Positions 1 through 10,608 of a stretch of 64,000 nt of DNA are shown piece after piece. Made by a program: the position numbers and the translations under genes. Location of the stretch: NCBI GenBank assembly GCA_963769935.1, contig CAVYNY010000033.1, forward strand, positions 29,621 to 93,620. Direction: 5' to 3'. Each line of letters begins with the position of its first letter. The first letter of the stretch is position 1. This DNA comes from an uncultured delta proteobacterium (GTDB lineage: Bacteria; Desulfobacterota; Desulfobacteria; Desulfobacterales; JAFDCJ01). The notes under the pieces were generated by a model. It was not told the origin of the DNA. It made no database searches and saw nothing but the letters and a program-made list of their open reading frames with translations.

Positions 1-170
1 CGGTTTTGCCGGCCTCATCAACGACCGCCACCTGGCCTGAGTTCGGGTCAACCGAAACAACCTGTCCCTTGACGATCATGGCGGAATCATCAGCCAGGGA
101 TATGGTTGTCGAGGCCAAAAAAAAGGCCAGCAGAACAAGTGCCAATAGCGGGAACTGTTTTTTTCTACAT
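1..170 (-). CDS. partial exported protein (N-terminus only; runs off the window start)
   Basis: Minus strand reads RKKQFPLLALVLLAFFLASTTISLA-DDSAMIVKGQVVSVDPNSGQVAVVDEAGKT, a signal-peptide-like start. The ATG at 170 is out of frame, so an indel is probable. Confidence 0.45.
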
Positions 171-653
171 ATCGAGTTTGAGCAAATCGGCCGCCTTTTC
201 TAACATGCCGGATTTGAACATATTTTCGGCGTATCCTATTTTATACCCCTGTTCAGGGCCGATAGTCCTGGCTGTATCGCCGGTATGATTTAAAATACGC
301 AATAATTTTTAGAGCTTCTTCGGATTTCGCTAAAGTCGGACAAATATCGATAGCTATTTTTGATATTCACCGCTATAATATTGACGGATTGTGGTCTATC
401 CAATAAATTGTAAAGTAGTCCCCGCCTGCGGTCCTGTGCACCGTCGCCGTACTGCTTGTGCGCAGGTTGGATAAGAACAACAATATCTATATCTTTTTTT
501 GGAGGGCAGTTTCTGGAAGAACCGGCCGAGATCCTGCCGGGAGTGTTTGTAGCTTATTTTCGCGGAGCGGAAACAGAAGTGTGCGAAATGCGGGGATTTG
601 CGTAATTTGACTTGCTGTCCGGACAGAAATTTCCGGAGCCGCAGTTCATCGGG

Positions 654-1526
654 TCAACCCACAAAAAGCGATGTCGGCAGTCCGGTTAAGCCGGGTTTGC
701 AGGAGAAAAGGCCACCTGCCAAGGGGAATTGGCGCACCTTTTCTGCGCTGAGCAAGTAGCGGGCGGTAGTGATGTATAGCGTATCCAGTTCAGACCCTGC
801 GAATGTACAGCTGGTAATGTTGGGAACCGGCATCGATATGACTTCCAATACCTCGCCGTCCGGTGAATAGCGCGAAATTCTTGCGCCGCCGAAATGACAC
901 AGCCAGATGCAACTTTCACTGTCAACAGTCATTCCATCGGGATAACCTTCCTCCTCGGCTTCCAATTGCACGAACACGCGCTTGTTGCTGATTGCACCTG
1001 TCTCGCTGACATCAAACGCGTAAATGGTGCGTTTGGCGGTGTCGGTATGATACAGTGTCTTGCCGTCTGCGCTGAAGGTGGGGCCATTGGTGATGACGTA
1101 GTTATCGTCCTCCTTGTGTAGCGACAGGTCGCCGTCTAGACGGTAGAGGCTGCCGGATGCCAGTTTTTCGCTTTCGTCCATGCTGCCGGCCCAGTAACGG
1201 CCTTTTCAATCCACCTTGCCGTCATTAAACCGGTTTCCCGGTATATCCTCCTCCGGCATCACGATCGGCTCTACAGTACCCGTTTCCGGGTCGATAAATG
1301 CAAATCCATCTCGCACCGTGCCCACAAAGCCGCCCCGCTTCCGCACTGCCAGACTCGTCACTTCCGTCTCAAAAGTCCACGTGCGCCGTCCCTCATCCGT
1401 CAGTCCATAGCGGTGCAATTTCTTGCCGACAATATCCACCCAGTAAACCGCATTCTCCCGTGCAACCCACAACGGCCCTTCCCCCAGGATTGCCGGCTCA
1501 TTCCAAACGCATTTTAAATCAATCAT
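654..1526 (-). CDS. SMP-30/gluconolactonase/LRE family sugar lactonase, interrupted by one in-frame TGA at 1206-1208
   Basis: Motifs LGEGPLW, RFNDGKVD*KGRYWAGSM, NGPTFS and GYPDGMTVD; the two ORFs are in the same frame across the TGA. Confidence 0.85.
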
Positions 1527-1993
1527 GGTCCTCTCCTGAAAACAGCCGCTCGAATAGCCGAAAAATCAACGCGCCGGTCAAAAAGCTGAACGCCCATTAA
1601 CCTGCCAATTGTCTGGAATTTAAATCGAAAATCACTTTTACCCGGACAAATATTTCAGATTATCGCCATGTATGTCAAGAACAATGAATCTGCAACACCC
1701 TTGCAAGGAAACCGGCCTGAGAAAAACTCGGTTCAATAGTACGTCTCGGACCCCGGATTGAAATGCAAGTTTCCCTTGACATGAAAAATACTAAATGTTA
1801 CGGGCTGTAACAACTGAGCATACAAAGCTCATCTGAGCATGCTGGAAAAAGCTGTGACAGATCTGGTCATAACTCAGCACCCTTCTTTCCCAATCCTGAA
1901 TGCCCGACCCCCATGGACCGGGATTCTTTACCGGATTTATTCTCTTGAAAACTAGGCGCCTTTCATAAAGCCGCACCCGGACAATCAACCATC

Positions 1994-3541
1994 ATGACCA
2001 ACGACACAAGGGATCTGCTTCAGATTCAAAACCTCTGCAAGGCATTTCCTGGGGTGAAAGCTCTGGATAAAGTCAATCTGGAGCTGGCCCAAGGTGAGGT
2101 TCATGGGTTGATGGGCGAAAACGGGGCCGGTAAAAGTACCCTGATGAAGATTTTATGCGGTGTGTATCGCAGGGACAGCGGCCGCATTGTCTACCTGGGT
2201 CGGGAAATAGAATTCAGCCGCTCTCACAATGCCCAGGTGGCCGGGATCATACCGGTATACCAGGAACTCAGCCTTTGTGAGAATATGAACATTGCCGAAA
2301 ATATTTTCATTCATCGCCAGCCGTCAAAATATTTTTTCGGTGCAATCCATTGGAAACGATTGTACCAGGACACCAATGATCTGCTCGGGCTCTTCAACCT
2401 GTATATTTCCCCGTCAACCCTTGTGGCGGATTTGTCAGTTTCCGTTCGTCAGCAGGTCGAAATTCTAAAAGCCCTGTCCTTAAAACCGAGGGTACTGGTA
2501 TTGGATGAGCCGACATCATCGCTGGGGCGGGTTGAATCGGAACTGCTCTTTAAAATTCTCCATAGACTAAAAAATGAAGGGGTGGGCATTATTTATATTG
2601 CCCACAATGTGGAGGAAGTCATTGAAATTTCGGATCGTATCAGTGTTTTGCGCGATGGTCGTTATGTGGGGACTGTGCCTGCGCAGAACGCCACCCGGGC
2701 AGACCTGATCCAGATGATGGTGGGCAGAACAATCAGCAACCTTTACCCCGAATCGGGCCGAGTAACGGAAAAACCGATTTTTGAAGTAAGAGGTTTGGCC
2801 GGCGAGAAAGCGGAAAGTGATATTTCGTTTAAGGTTTTTAGCGGTGAAATTGTTGGAATAGCCGGACTGGTGGGATCGGGACGCTCTAAAATGGCCAGAA
2901 TGATTTTTGGTCTGGAATCCAGAAACAGGGGCGAATTTTTTATCAACGGCGGAAAAGTCACATTGACCTCCCACCGGGATGCGATTCGTCGAGGTATCGC
3001 CTATGTACCCAAGGACCGTAAAGCTCAGGGGCTTTTCCTGGAAATGGCATTGTCACGCAATATCGTCGCTGCCCGGCTGGACCGTTTCAGCTCGCACGGT
3101 TTTATGAACGCCAAGCTGGAACTGCAAGAAACAGAAAAGTTTGTAAACCTGCTAAAGATTAAGACTGCGGGTTATTTTCAGGAAGTAAACGCTTTAAGCG
3201 GGGGAAACCAGCAAAAGGTTCTGCTGGCCAAATGGCTCTCCGTCAACCCCAAGGTGCTGCTGATCGATGAGCCCACCCGCGGGATCGATGTCGCCACCAA
3301 AAGTGAGATTCACCAACTGATTCGGCGCCTGGCCGACCAGGGGGTCGCCATTATTATGATCAGTTCGGAATTGCCCGAGATCCTCGGAATGAGCGACCGA
3401 ATCCTTGTGATGCACGAGGGGCGGATTGTCGGCGAATTCCGCAATCAGGAAGCCGGACAGAAAATCATCATGGAGTGCATTTCGCAGGCAATTGCCGACA
3501 GGCAAAAGGTTGATTATGGAATTCATTCGGAAAGCGATTAG
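1994..3541 (+). CDS. sugar ABC transporter ATP-binding protein (RbsA/MglA type, two ABC domains)
   Basis: GENGAGKSTL Walker A, LDEPT, LSGGNQQKV, DEPTRGIDV. Confidence 0.95.
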   Translation: MTNDTRDLLQIQNLCKAFPGVKALDKVNLELAQGEVHGLMGENGAGKSTLMKILCGVYRRDSGRIVYLGREIEFSRSHNAQVAGIIPVYQELSLCENMNIAENIFIHRQPSKYFFGAIHWKRLYQDTNDLLGLFNLYISPSTLVADLSVSVRQQVEILKALSLKPRVLVLDEPTSSLGRVESELLFKILHRLKNEGVGIIYIAHNVEEVIEISDRISVLRDGRYVGTVPAQNATRADLIQMMVGRTISNLYPESGRVTEKPIFEVRGLAGEKAESDISFKVFSGEIVGIAGLVGSGRSKMARMIFGLESRNRGEFFINGGKVTLTSHRDAIRRGIAYVPKDRKAQGLFLEMALSRNIVAARLDRFSSHGFMNAKLELQETEKFVNLLKIKTAGYFQEVNALSGGNQQKVLLAKWLSVNPKVLLIDEPTRGIDVATKSEIHQLIRRLADQGVAIIMISSELPEILGMSDRILVMHEGRIVGEFRNQEAGQKIIMECISQAIADRQKVDYGIHSESD

Positions 3542-4463
3542 GATCAGAGAGTTTGTATTGTTGATGGTGATACTGGTGTTGTCGGTTTTTTTCTCCTTTA
3601 CTTCTCCTTATTTTCTCACTTTGGGAAATTGGGAAGCAATTGCTTTCGGTATGCTCAGCGATTGCATTATCGCCGTCGGCATGGTTGTCGTGATCGTTGG
3701 CGGCGGATTCGATCTTTCCGTGGGTGCCACCCTGGCGCTGTGCGGTATTGTCGTCGCCAAACTCCTGAATGCGGACATACCCATCTGGTTGGCGATTTCG
3801 ATCGGTGGGATTCTTCTGGGCGCCGGTATCGGACTTTTCAACGGTTTTTTGATTACCAAGGCCAGGATCAATCCGTTTGTCGTCACCCTGGGCATGATGA
3901 GCATCGGACGCGGGACCGGCCTGGCCATTACTCAGGGGCGCCCATTGGCCGGCCTTCCGGAGGCATTTGATTTCATCGGGCAGGGATATATTTTCGGGTT
4001 TCCGTTTGCCATCGCTTTAATGATCGTCATCGTCGTCGTCGGAGATTATTTGATGCGTCAAACCCGCTGGCTGCGACAAGTGTATTATGTCGGCGGAAAC
4101 GAGGAAGCCGCCCGCTTTTCCGGCATCAATGTGGACCGTGTCAGAACCGCATCATATGTGCTGATAGGCATCCTGGCCGGCGTCGCCGGGGTGGTTACGA
4201 CATCGCGCATGTCTTCTATTATGGCCACCGCCGGGCTCGGAACGGAGCTGCGTGCCATTGCGGCCGTGGTTATCGGCGGCGGTAGTCTTTCAGGGGGCAA
4301 GGGAAGTGTTTTCGGGGCATTTTTAGGCACACTGTTGCTGGGCATCATCACTGATATTCTAATTCTTTACCGAGTGTCGGTGTACTATCAGCAAGTGGTC
4401 AGCGGTGCCATCCTCATCCTGGTCGTGGCCATTGATACATTACCCCGCCTTCGGAAAGCCTGA
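3516..4463 (+). CDS. sugar ABC transporter permease (RbsC type)
   Basis: GGFDLSVG, INPFVVTLG, GGNEEAARFSGI, ELRAIAAVVIGG; ATG at 3516 overlaps the upstream gene. Confidence 0.95.
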   Translation: MEFIRKAIRIREFVLLMVILVLSVFFSFTSPYFLTLGNWEAIAFGMLSDCIIAVGMVVVIVGGGFDLSVGATLALCGIVVAKLLNADIPIWLAISIGGILLGAGIGLFNGFLITKARINPFVVTLGMMSIGRGTGLAITQGRPLAGLPEAFDFIGQGYIFGFPFAIALMIVIVVVGDYLMRQTRWLRQVYYVGGNEEAARFSGINVDRVRTASYVLIGILAGVAGVVTTSRMSSIMATAGLGTELRAIAAVVIGGGSLSGGKGSVFGAFLGTLLLGIITDILILYRVSVYYQQVVSGAILILVVAIDTLPRLRKA

Positions 4464-4669
4464 GCGCACGGGCTCTAAAACTTATTGATTTGACGGGCAA
4501 AAGTAAACAGGCGTTATTCGAATTCCATATTCGCGATTTGCTCATGGAAACGAAAAATCCCTATGGATCAAACACTTCCGGTCTTTATGGTATGCGGATT
4601 TTTGAACGGTTGGAATACTTCAGCAAGAGATCTTCATTTCTAAACGATTTCAGAAAGGGGAGAATGAGA

Positions 4670-5646
4670 ATGGGAAAAAGATGGTTGGTTCTTTTATTTC
4701 TAGGGAGTTTTTTTTTGGCTGGAATGACGCCTGTCTTTAGCGGCTGATCAACAGGAATATTACCTGATCGGACCGCACATCGGACTTGAATATTGGCAGG
4801 ATCACAAAAGAGGTTTGGAGGCCGCCGGTAAGGAGTTGGGTGTGAAAACCATCTTTACCGGTGCCCATGGCAACGTCATTGAAGAACAGGTCAAGATTCT
4901 GGATATGGCCCTGGCGACGAAGCCAGCCGGAATCTTGATTGGCCCCCTGAATCCGGATGCACTAAAACCGGGTATTAACCGGGCAATTAAAATGGGTATT
5001 CCTGTCATCACGGTTGATACGGATGCCGCCACCAGCAATCGGCTGTGCTATATCGGCACCAATGGCTACGAGGCCGGCCGCAAGGCAGCCGATATCATGG
5101 CGGAATTGCTCGGGGGAAAGGGAAAAGTCGGTATATCCAATTTAGTCGGCTTTTCGACCTGTGAGGAAAGGGCCCAGGGATTTCAGGATCGCGTCAAAGA
5201 AAAGTATCCCGATATGGAGGTTGTGGCGGTGGTCGATGATCAGGGCGATTACGACGTGGCTACCAAGGTGAATACCGAAATGCTGGTCGGTCATCCCGAT
5301 ATTGTCGGCATATTCGGCGTCGACGCCGCCAGTGCCGTGGGAATGGGAGCGGCCGTTAAAAGTGTCAATAAGGTCGAGAAAATCAAGATCGTGGCATTTG
5401 ATAAGGATGCGCCTACCCTGGAATTAGTGCGGGACGGCGTGGTTCAGGCCGTCTATGGTACAACGAACTTTTACCATGTCCTATTATGGGTTGAAAATGT
5501 TATACGATTATGCCAACGCCAGGTTATCACTGGTTAAGGGCAAAGACTGGGCCGAAGCGCAGAAGCTTGGCGTCTCGCCATTACCCGAAAGGGTGGATAC
5601 CGGCATTATGGTCTGTACCAAGGAAAATATCCAGGTGTTCGAATAA
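4670..5646 (+). CDS. sugar ABC transporter periplasmic binding protein, split by two frameshifts (~4710-4745 and ~5455)
   Basis: Signal peptide MGKRWLVLLFLGSFF, then the mature domain with GIPVITVDTD, YIGTNGYEAG and IVAFD; C-terminus ...VDTGIMVCTKENI lies in another frame. Confidence 0.85.
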
Positions 5647-5850
5647 AGTATTCAAAATATCCGTACAGGTCGAAAATTTTCAAACCACGTGATCTCTTGC
5701 TGAAGAATTCAACTGGATGAAATTACAAGGTAGGGTTTTGCACCAATATTCCACCATTCCATGCGGCTTAACAAGGGAATCGCCGAAAAAAGCACCATGA
5801 TTCTAATAAAATGTAAAAGTTCTCACTCATAAATAAAGGTAAGATAACCA

Positions 5851-6888
5851 ATGAAAGCAATCAGAGTCCATGGGCCGAAAGACGCACGCTACGAGGATGT
5901 TCCGGAGCCGCAGGCGGGTCCCGATGATGTGCTTATTCGCGTCAAGGCGGCGGCATTGTGCGGCACGGATTTAGAGTTTTATGACGGCACGATGTTTTAC
6001 ATAACCAGCGGAATGACGGAATTGCCGCTGATTCCGGGTCATGAATGGGCGGGCGAAGTGGTGGAGATCGGTTCGAATGTCCATGAATTTGATCCCGGTG
6101 ATCGTGTCACCGGAGAATGCACGGTGAGCTGCCGGTCATGCGCCAATTGTATCCGGGGATGGTATAACCAGTGTCAGTTTCGAACGGAAACCGGCTTGTT
6201 AAAACGGGACGGAGGGTTTGCGGAGTATATTGTCTTTCCGAAATATTTTCTGCATAAGTGCAACCGCATGGCTTTTGAGGAGGCGTCTTTTATCGAGCCG
6301 ACGGGAATTGCGCTTTATCCCACCAAACTGGCCCAGGTCTGCCCGGAAGATTATGTGGCGGTCATGGGGCCGGGTCCCATCGGTCTGTTTGCGGTTCAGA
6401 CGGCAAAGGCATATGGCGCGCGCAAGGTCATACTTGTCGGGACCCGCGATGACCGCCTGGATATCGGCCGGCAGGTCGGAGCCGATGCTGACGGTTAACG
6501 TAAAGAAAGAAGATCTGGTTGAAAAAGTGCGGGCAGCCACCGACGGGCATATGGTTGACGTGGTGATCGAAGCGGTCGGCAAAGCGGCCGTGTGGGATGA
6601 TATCGTTTCGATTCATAGCGCCCCGGGCGCGGGTCGCCATGACAGGCCTTTTTGCCGGACAAAAATGTACAGTGGACTTTGATCCTCTGGTGATAAATAA
6701 CATCACAATTTTGGGTTGTCTGGGCGGACCCAGCGTCTGGGATGAAGCCATCTACCTGCATGAATCCGGCAAAGTCACGGCAAAGCCCATCATTACCCAC
6801 CGGCTGCCGTTAAAGGATTTCGTGCAGGGGTATTGAAATGATGCGCCATCGCACGGATAATGCCGTCAAAGTCGTATTGAAGCCATGA
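5851..6888 (+). CDS. Zn-dependent alcohol/polyol dehydrogenase (MDR family), frameshifted at ~6490, ~6610 and ~6830
   Basis: LCGTD, GHEWAG, CxxCxxC-x7-C structural Zn site, GPGPIG; later segments VDVVIEAVG, ITHRLPL and AVKVVLKP* lie in shifted frames. Confidence 0.88.
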
Positions 6889-6961
6889 CGGCAATATCTG
6901 CCGCTGCAATCTCGGTCTGCCTCCAGCTCCATTTCTCCTTGTCGGAGAAGGCAAAACAGCC

Positions 6962-7834
6962 TTGGCAGCGTTGCGTTCCATTTCAGGCGGGGCGATGTGG
7001 GTTTTGCTGGCCCCTTTGTTTTATGCCGGCATGAGTGTGTCCTCCAAATTAGCCGCGACTTACCTGAGCGTCTGGCAGATCGGGGTGGGCCGATTCATTT
7101 TCGGGCTGCTGGTGGTGCCGATCATCGTCAGATCATTGAAGCTCGACCTCTGGGGGCGGCGGCGTTTTCTGCTGACGCTGCGAGGTTTCTGCGGTTCGGT
7201 GGCGTTTCTGCTGCTGGTGGCATCCTTTCAGCAGATACCGCTTTCGCTGGCGATGGTGCTGTTCTACCTCTACCCGGCCTTTACGACCCTGCTGTCGCCC
7301 TGGATTACCGGAGAGCCGCCCCCTAAAATCGCCTGGTTTTTTATCGGCTGCGCCTTTATCGGCACCAGCCTGATTCTCTGGCCCCACGAAGCTTCCGGTA
7401 CGTTGAATGCGGGACATCTATATGCTGTGATCGCCTCGATCCTGTGCGCCATCACCTTGCTGCTGGTGCGCAGACTAGGCAAAGACAACAACATCTACAC
7501 CTTATTTTTCTATCTGTGTATAACCGGGACCCTTGCCGGTCTGGGACCTTTAATTATACAGAAAAACGCACTGCTGCCCCAATCGGCAGCTGCCTGGACC
7601 GGCGTTGCGGCGGTGGCTGTTTTCTCGCTAGCTGCCCAACTTACCATCAATCAGGCCCTGGTCCGCATACCGGCCGCTGCCGTCAGCATTATGATGACAA
7701 TCGAAGTCCCGCTGGTAGCCGCCTTTGGTGTGCTGTATCTGGGCGAACCGGCCGGCTGGCGCCTGATTGCCGGTGCCTTCTTCATTTTCGGATCCAGCAT
7801 CGGTCTCAATCTGCTGCCGGCGAAATTAAATTAA
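6962..7834 (+). CDS. DMT/EamA family transporter
   Basis: About 10 hydrophobic helices in two EamA-like repeats (YLYPAFTTLLS..GE; EVPLVAAFGVLYLGE). Start codon uncertain. Confidence 0.88.
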   Translation: MAALRSISGGAMWVLLAPLFYAGMSVSSKLAATYLSVWQIGVGRFIFGLLVVPIIVRSLKLDLWGRRRFLLTLRGFCGSVAFLLLVASFQQIPLSLAMVLFYLYPAFTTLLSPWITGEPPPKIAWFFIGCAFIGTSLILWPHEASGTLNAGHLYAVIASILCAITLLLVRRLGKDNNIYTLFFYLCITGTLAGLGPLIIQKNALLPQSAAAWTGVAAVAVFSLAAQLTINQALVRIPAAAVSIMMTIEVPLVAAFGVLYLGEPAGWRLIAGAFFIFGSSIGLNLLPAKLN

Positions 7835-8029
7835 AACCCTGGCCGATTTGCCCGGTCTTTTAGAGTCCTGATAGGGTCATTTTAAGTGAAAATCGCTGAT
7901 TTAAGTCTCGGCAGATCGTAATAATCGGCGGGGAATTTAATAATTAAAAAACCTACTTGAACCCGGTGGTTGAAGAGGGGCATCAATGCTTGCCTCTTAT
8001 TATTTCCTGCCAGTTTATTCTCACAGCGT

Positions 8030-8058
8030 TTGACATGCCGAGCGGGTTCGGGTATACC
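8030..8058 (+). promoter_or_regulatory. possible sigma70 promoter of the small Cys-rich gene
   Basis: TTGACA-17 nt-TATACC, 8 nt upstream of the ATG at 8067. Confidence 0.35.
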
Positions 8059-8066
8059 AGGCTTTC

Positions 8067-8255
8067 ATGGACTGTATGATTTGTGGCCAGGAATGTAAAA
8101 GAAGGTCAAAGGTGTTCGCAAACGGTAAAAAACTGTTTGCCTGCCGCGAATGCGTGCTCAAATTGCGGACGCATGAGCTGTCCTACTGCCTAAGCTGCAG
8201 GAAATACCATTTTGAAAGAAAACGGCCGCCTGAGGGAATGAATAACCGGCGGTAA
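8067..8255 (+). CDS. small Cys-rich putative Zn-finger protein
   Basis: 62 aa with three CxxC motifs (CMIC, CREC, CLSC) and basic composition. Confidence 0.55.
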   Translation: MDCMICGQECKRRSKVFANGKKLFACRECVLKLRTHELSYCLSCRKYHFERKRPPEGMNNRR

Positions 8256-8321
8256 ACGATCGCACTACCGCCAAACTCAGGCAATCAAATTATCGAGACC
8301 CCGCCGCTAAGCGCTAAGCGT

Positions 8322-9011
8322 TTAGTACACCTGAACTCCGGGCCTATTGTTTTCCATATATTTTAATTCACGGCTGACGTCCCTGTATTGCGTATCCAGA
8401 TTTTTCAATTCGGCTCGAACTTCGCTCCTCTTTTCGTCACTCAGATTCGCCTCATACAGCTCTTTCTCTTTTCCATTAATTTTTCTTTCGATGTAATTCA
8501 GTTGTCTCTGAAGGGACGCGACTTTGGCCTCATATTGGTAAAGGTCTCTTCCATTATCGTAGCCGATGCGAAAATTCGCCTCAGATTCGGGCGGGCACAC
8601 ATTGCGGAAAGCTTGACCTTGACGCCCCAATTCAAAGCCTTTCTGCTCAGAGCAGAAGGTTTGCAGACCTTTATTGTAACCGGCCCGAAAATTCGGCTCC
8701 AGCTGCAGAGGACACACAGCATTGTAGGGAATACCCTGCTGTCCCAGTTCGATACCCTTCTGCTCGGTGCAGTAATAATTCAAGCCCTGGTCATGCCCAT
8801 CGTAGTAAGCCTGGCGGTCCGCGCTGATGCCATGCTCCAGGCAGGCCTTGGCGCGCCCCTGAAATGCAGTCCGCGGCTTCCCCTGTCTGCCGTCCATGCG
8901 GCCGATTTCATACCAGTCGGTCAGCAGGCAGTCCTCCTTGGACACCGAGGCACAGCCGGCAACTATAAGCATAACTGCCGCCAGCGAGATGATTCCCATT
9001 GAATGTTTCAT
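8322..9011 (-). CDS. DUF2799-like lipoprotein with a duplicated repeat and C-terminal coiled coil
   Basis: Lipobox IVAGC; C..DWYEIGRMDG; two copies of (Y/F)C.EQKG.ELG.QG....VCP...E.NFR.GY..G. Confidence 0.8.
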   Translation of the reverse strand: MKHSMGIISLAAVMLIVAGCASVSKEDCLLTDWYEIGRMDGRQGKPRTAFQGRAKACLEHGISADRQAYYDGHDQGLNYYCTEQKGIELGQQGIPYNAVCPLQLEPNFRAGYNKGLQTFCSEQKGFELGRQGQAFRNVCPPESEANFRIGYDNGRDLYQYEAKVASLQRQLNYIERKINGKEKELYEANLSDEKRSEVRAELKNLDTQYRDVSRELKYMENNRPGVQVY

Positions 9012-9155
9012 TGTTCTGTCCTCATATTGAGCATAATTTGAGCGATGGTCTCGATCTTATCCGCCATACCGGACGGATAGCCGCAGATTCAAGGTTCGAA
9101 TCGATCAATTATGGTAATAATCGGCCAAAACGCAGATAACTTTAGTGGCTGTAAA

Positions 9156-10178
9156 TCAGGTATGCCCCAGCACCGGGTGCGGCTTGTAGGGCTCATTGAG
9201 GAGTTGAATTTCCTCCGGGCTGAGCTTGACCTGGACGGCCGCCGCCGCCTCCTCGATATGAGCGACCTTGCTGGCGCCGACGATGGGCGCTGCCAATCCG
9301 GGCTGATGCAGCAGCCAGGCGTAGCCGAGCCTGGCATTGCTCTCGCCGCGCCGGGCGGCCAGCTCGCTGAGGCGGTTTACCACGGCGAAATCATCTTCGC
9401 GATAGTAGAGCTTGAAGGCATATTCATCGCTTTTGGCGCGCGGGGTACGGCCGGCCGTGATGTCGTCCGGCGTGCGGTTGCCCGCTAAAAAACCTCTGGC
9501 CAGCGAGCTCCACGGTATCAGAGCGACCCCCAGATCGCGGCAAAGCGGAATCATCTCACGTTCCTCCTCCCGATAGATCAGGTTGTAGTGGTTCTGCATG
9601 GATACGAACCGCACCCACCCGTTCGATCGAGCCGTAAACTGCGCCTTGGCAAATTGCCAGGCCCACATGCTGGACGCCCCGATATAACGCACTTTGCCCG
9701 ATTTGACGAGATCGTGCAAGGCTTCCATGGTTTCCTCGATGGGTGTTGTGTAATCCCAGCGATGGATTTGATACAGGTCGATGTAATCGACCCCCAGACG
9801 CTTGAGCGAAGCCTCGACCGCCGCAAAGATATGCTTGCGAGACAATCCGTGTGTGTTCGGCGGCTGGGGTGTCGAACCGGCAAATCCGCCCTGAAAGGCA
9901 AGATCCACCGGAAAGAACACTTTGGTGGCCAGCACCACTTCGTCCCGGCGGGTAAACTCCCGCAGGAACTTGCCGGTCAGTTCCTCCGATGCACCGCCGG
10001 AATACATGTCGGCGGTATCGAAAAAGTTCACACCCAGCTCGACGGCGCGCTGCACGATGGGGCGCGCATCGGCCTCATCGAGTACCCACGGCCGCCATTG
10101 CGAAGTTCCGTAGGTCATCATGCCCAAGCAGATACGTGATACCTTGAGACCGGTTTGGCCTAAATTGATATAGTCCAT
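9156..10178 (-). CDS. aldo/keto reductase (YajO-like)
   Basis: GLKVSRICLG, FFDTADMYSGG, SLKRLGVDYIDLYQIHRWD, MQNHYNL; RBS AAGGAGG upstream. Confidence 0.95.
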   Translation of the reverse strand: MDYINLGQTGLKVSRICLGMMTYGTSQWRPWVLDEADARPIVQRAVELGVNFFDTADMYSGGASEELTGKFLREFTRRDEVVLATKVFFPVDLAFQGGFAGSTPQPPNTHGLSRKHIFAAVEASLKRLGVDYIDLYQIHRWDYTTPIEETMEALHDLVKSGKVRYIGASSMWAWQFAKAQFTARSNGWVRFVSMQNHYNLIYREEEREMIPLCRDLGVALIPWSSLARGFLAGNRTPDDITAGRTPRAKSDEYAFKLYYREDDFAVVNRLSELAARRGESNARLGYAWLLHQPGLAAPIVGASKVAHIEEAAAAVQVKLSPEEIQLLNEPYKPHPVLGHT

Positions 10179-10608
10179 GTTGTCCTCCTTTGCCAAGTAA
10201 AGAGTCCTTGCCCCGAAAACGAGGCTTTGTATTCACTCCAGAGAGTGGTTTGGCCGTCTGAAAAACCATGGAGTGATGGAGTGGTGGAGCACTGGAATAT
10301 TGCTGATCAATGACGGATGATGGTCTATTTTTATGTTACGCCTTGTACCATTCAAATAAAAACAGATCTAATTCCACCAAACCCAATACTCCAACACTTT
10401 ATTATTCCCTGGCCCAGACCGTTTTTACATAAATCGAATTTTAGCTATTTTTATCTAAACAGCACAGACCTGATTTAAATTCTCAGTACGCCGCGCCAGG
10501 GTGGGCCATTACCCCTTGGTATTCATTTACGGCAAAGTCAGTCTTTTTTGCCCTGGCCCCGAGGACCAGGCTTTCAATGCCATAGTACACCGGCGCCCGT
10601 TTGCCCAT

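Noticed and set aside
388..485. Palindromic stretch as a riboswitch or ncRNA
   Set aside because: Imperfect inverted ends (TATCCAA/TTGGATA) look like another dispersed palindromic element; I recognise no riboswitch consensus.
1206..1208. In-frame TGA in the SMP-30 lactonase as selenocysteine
   Set aside because: The position (GKVD-x-KGR) is not a Cys site in this family. GAT TGA AAA is explained by compensating indels of GAT GAA AAA or by a nonsense change.
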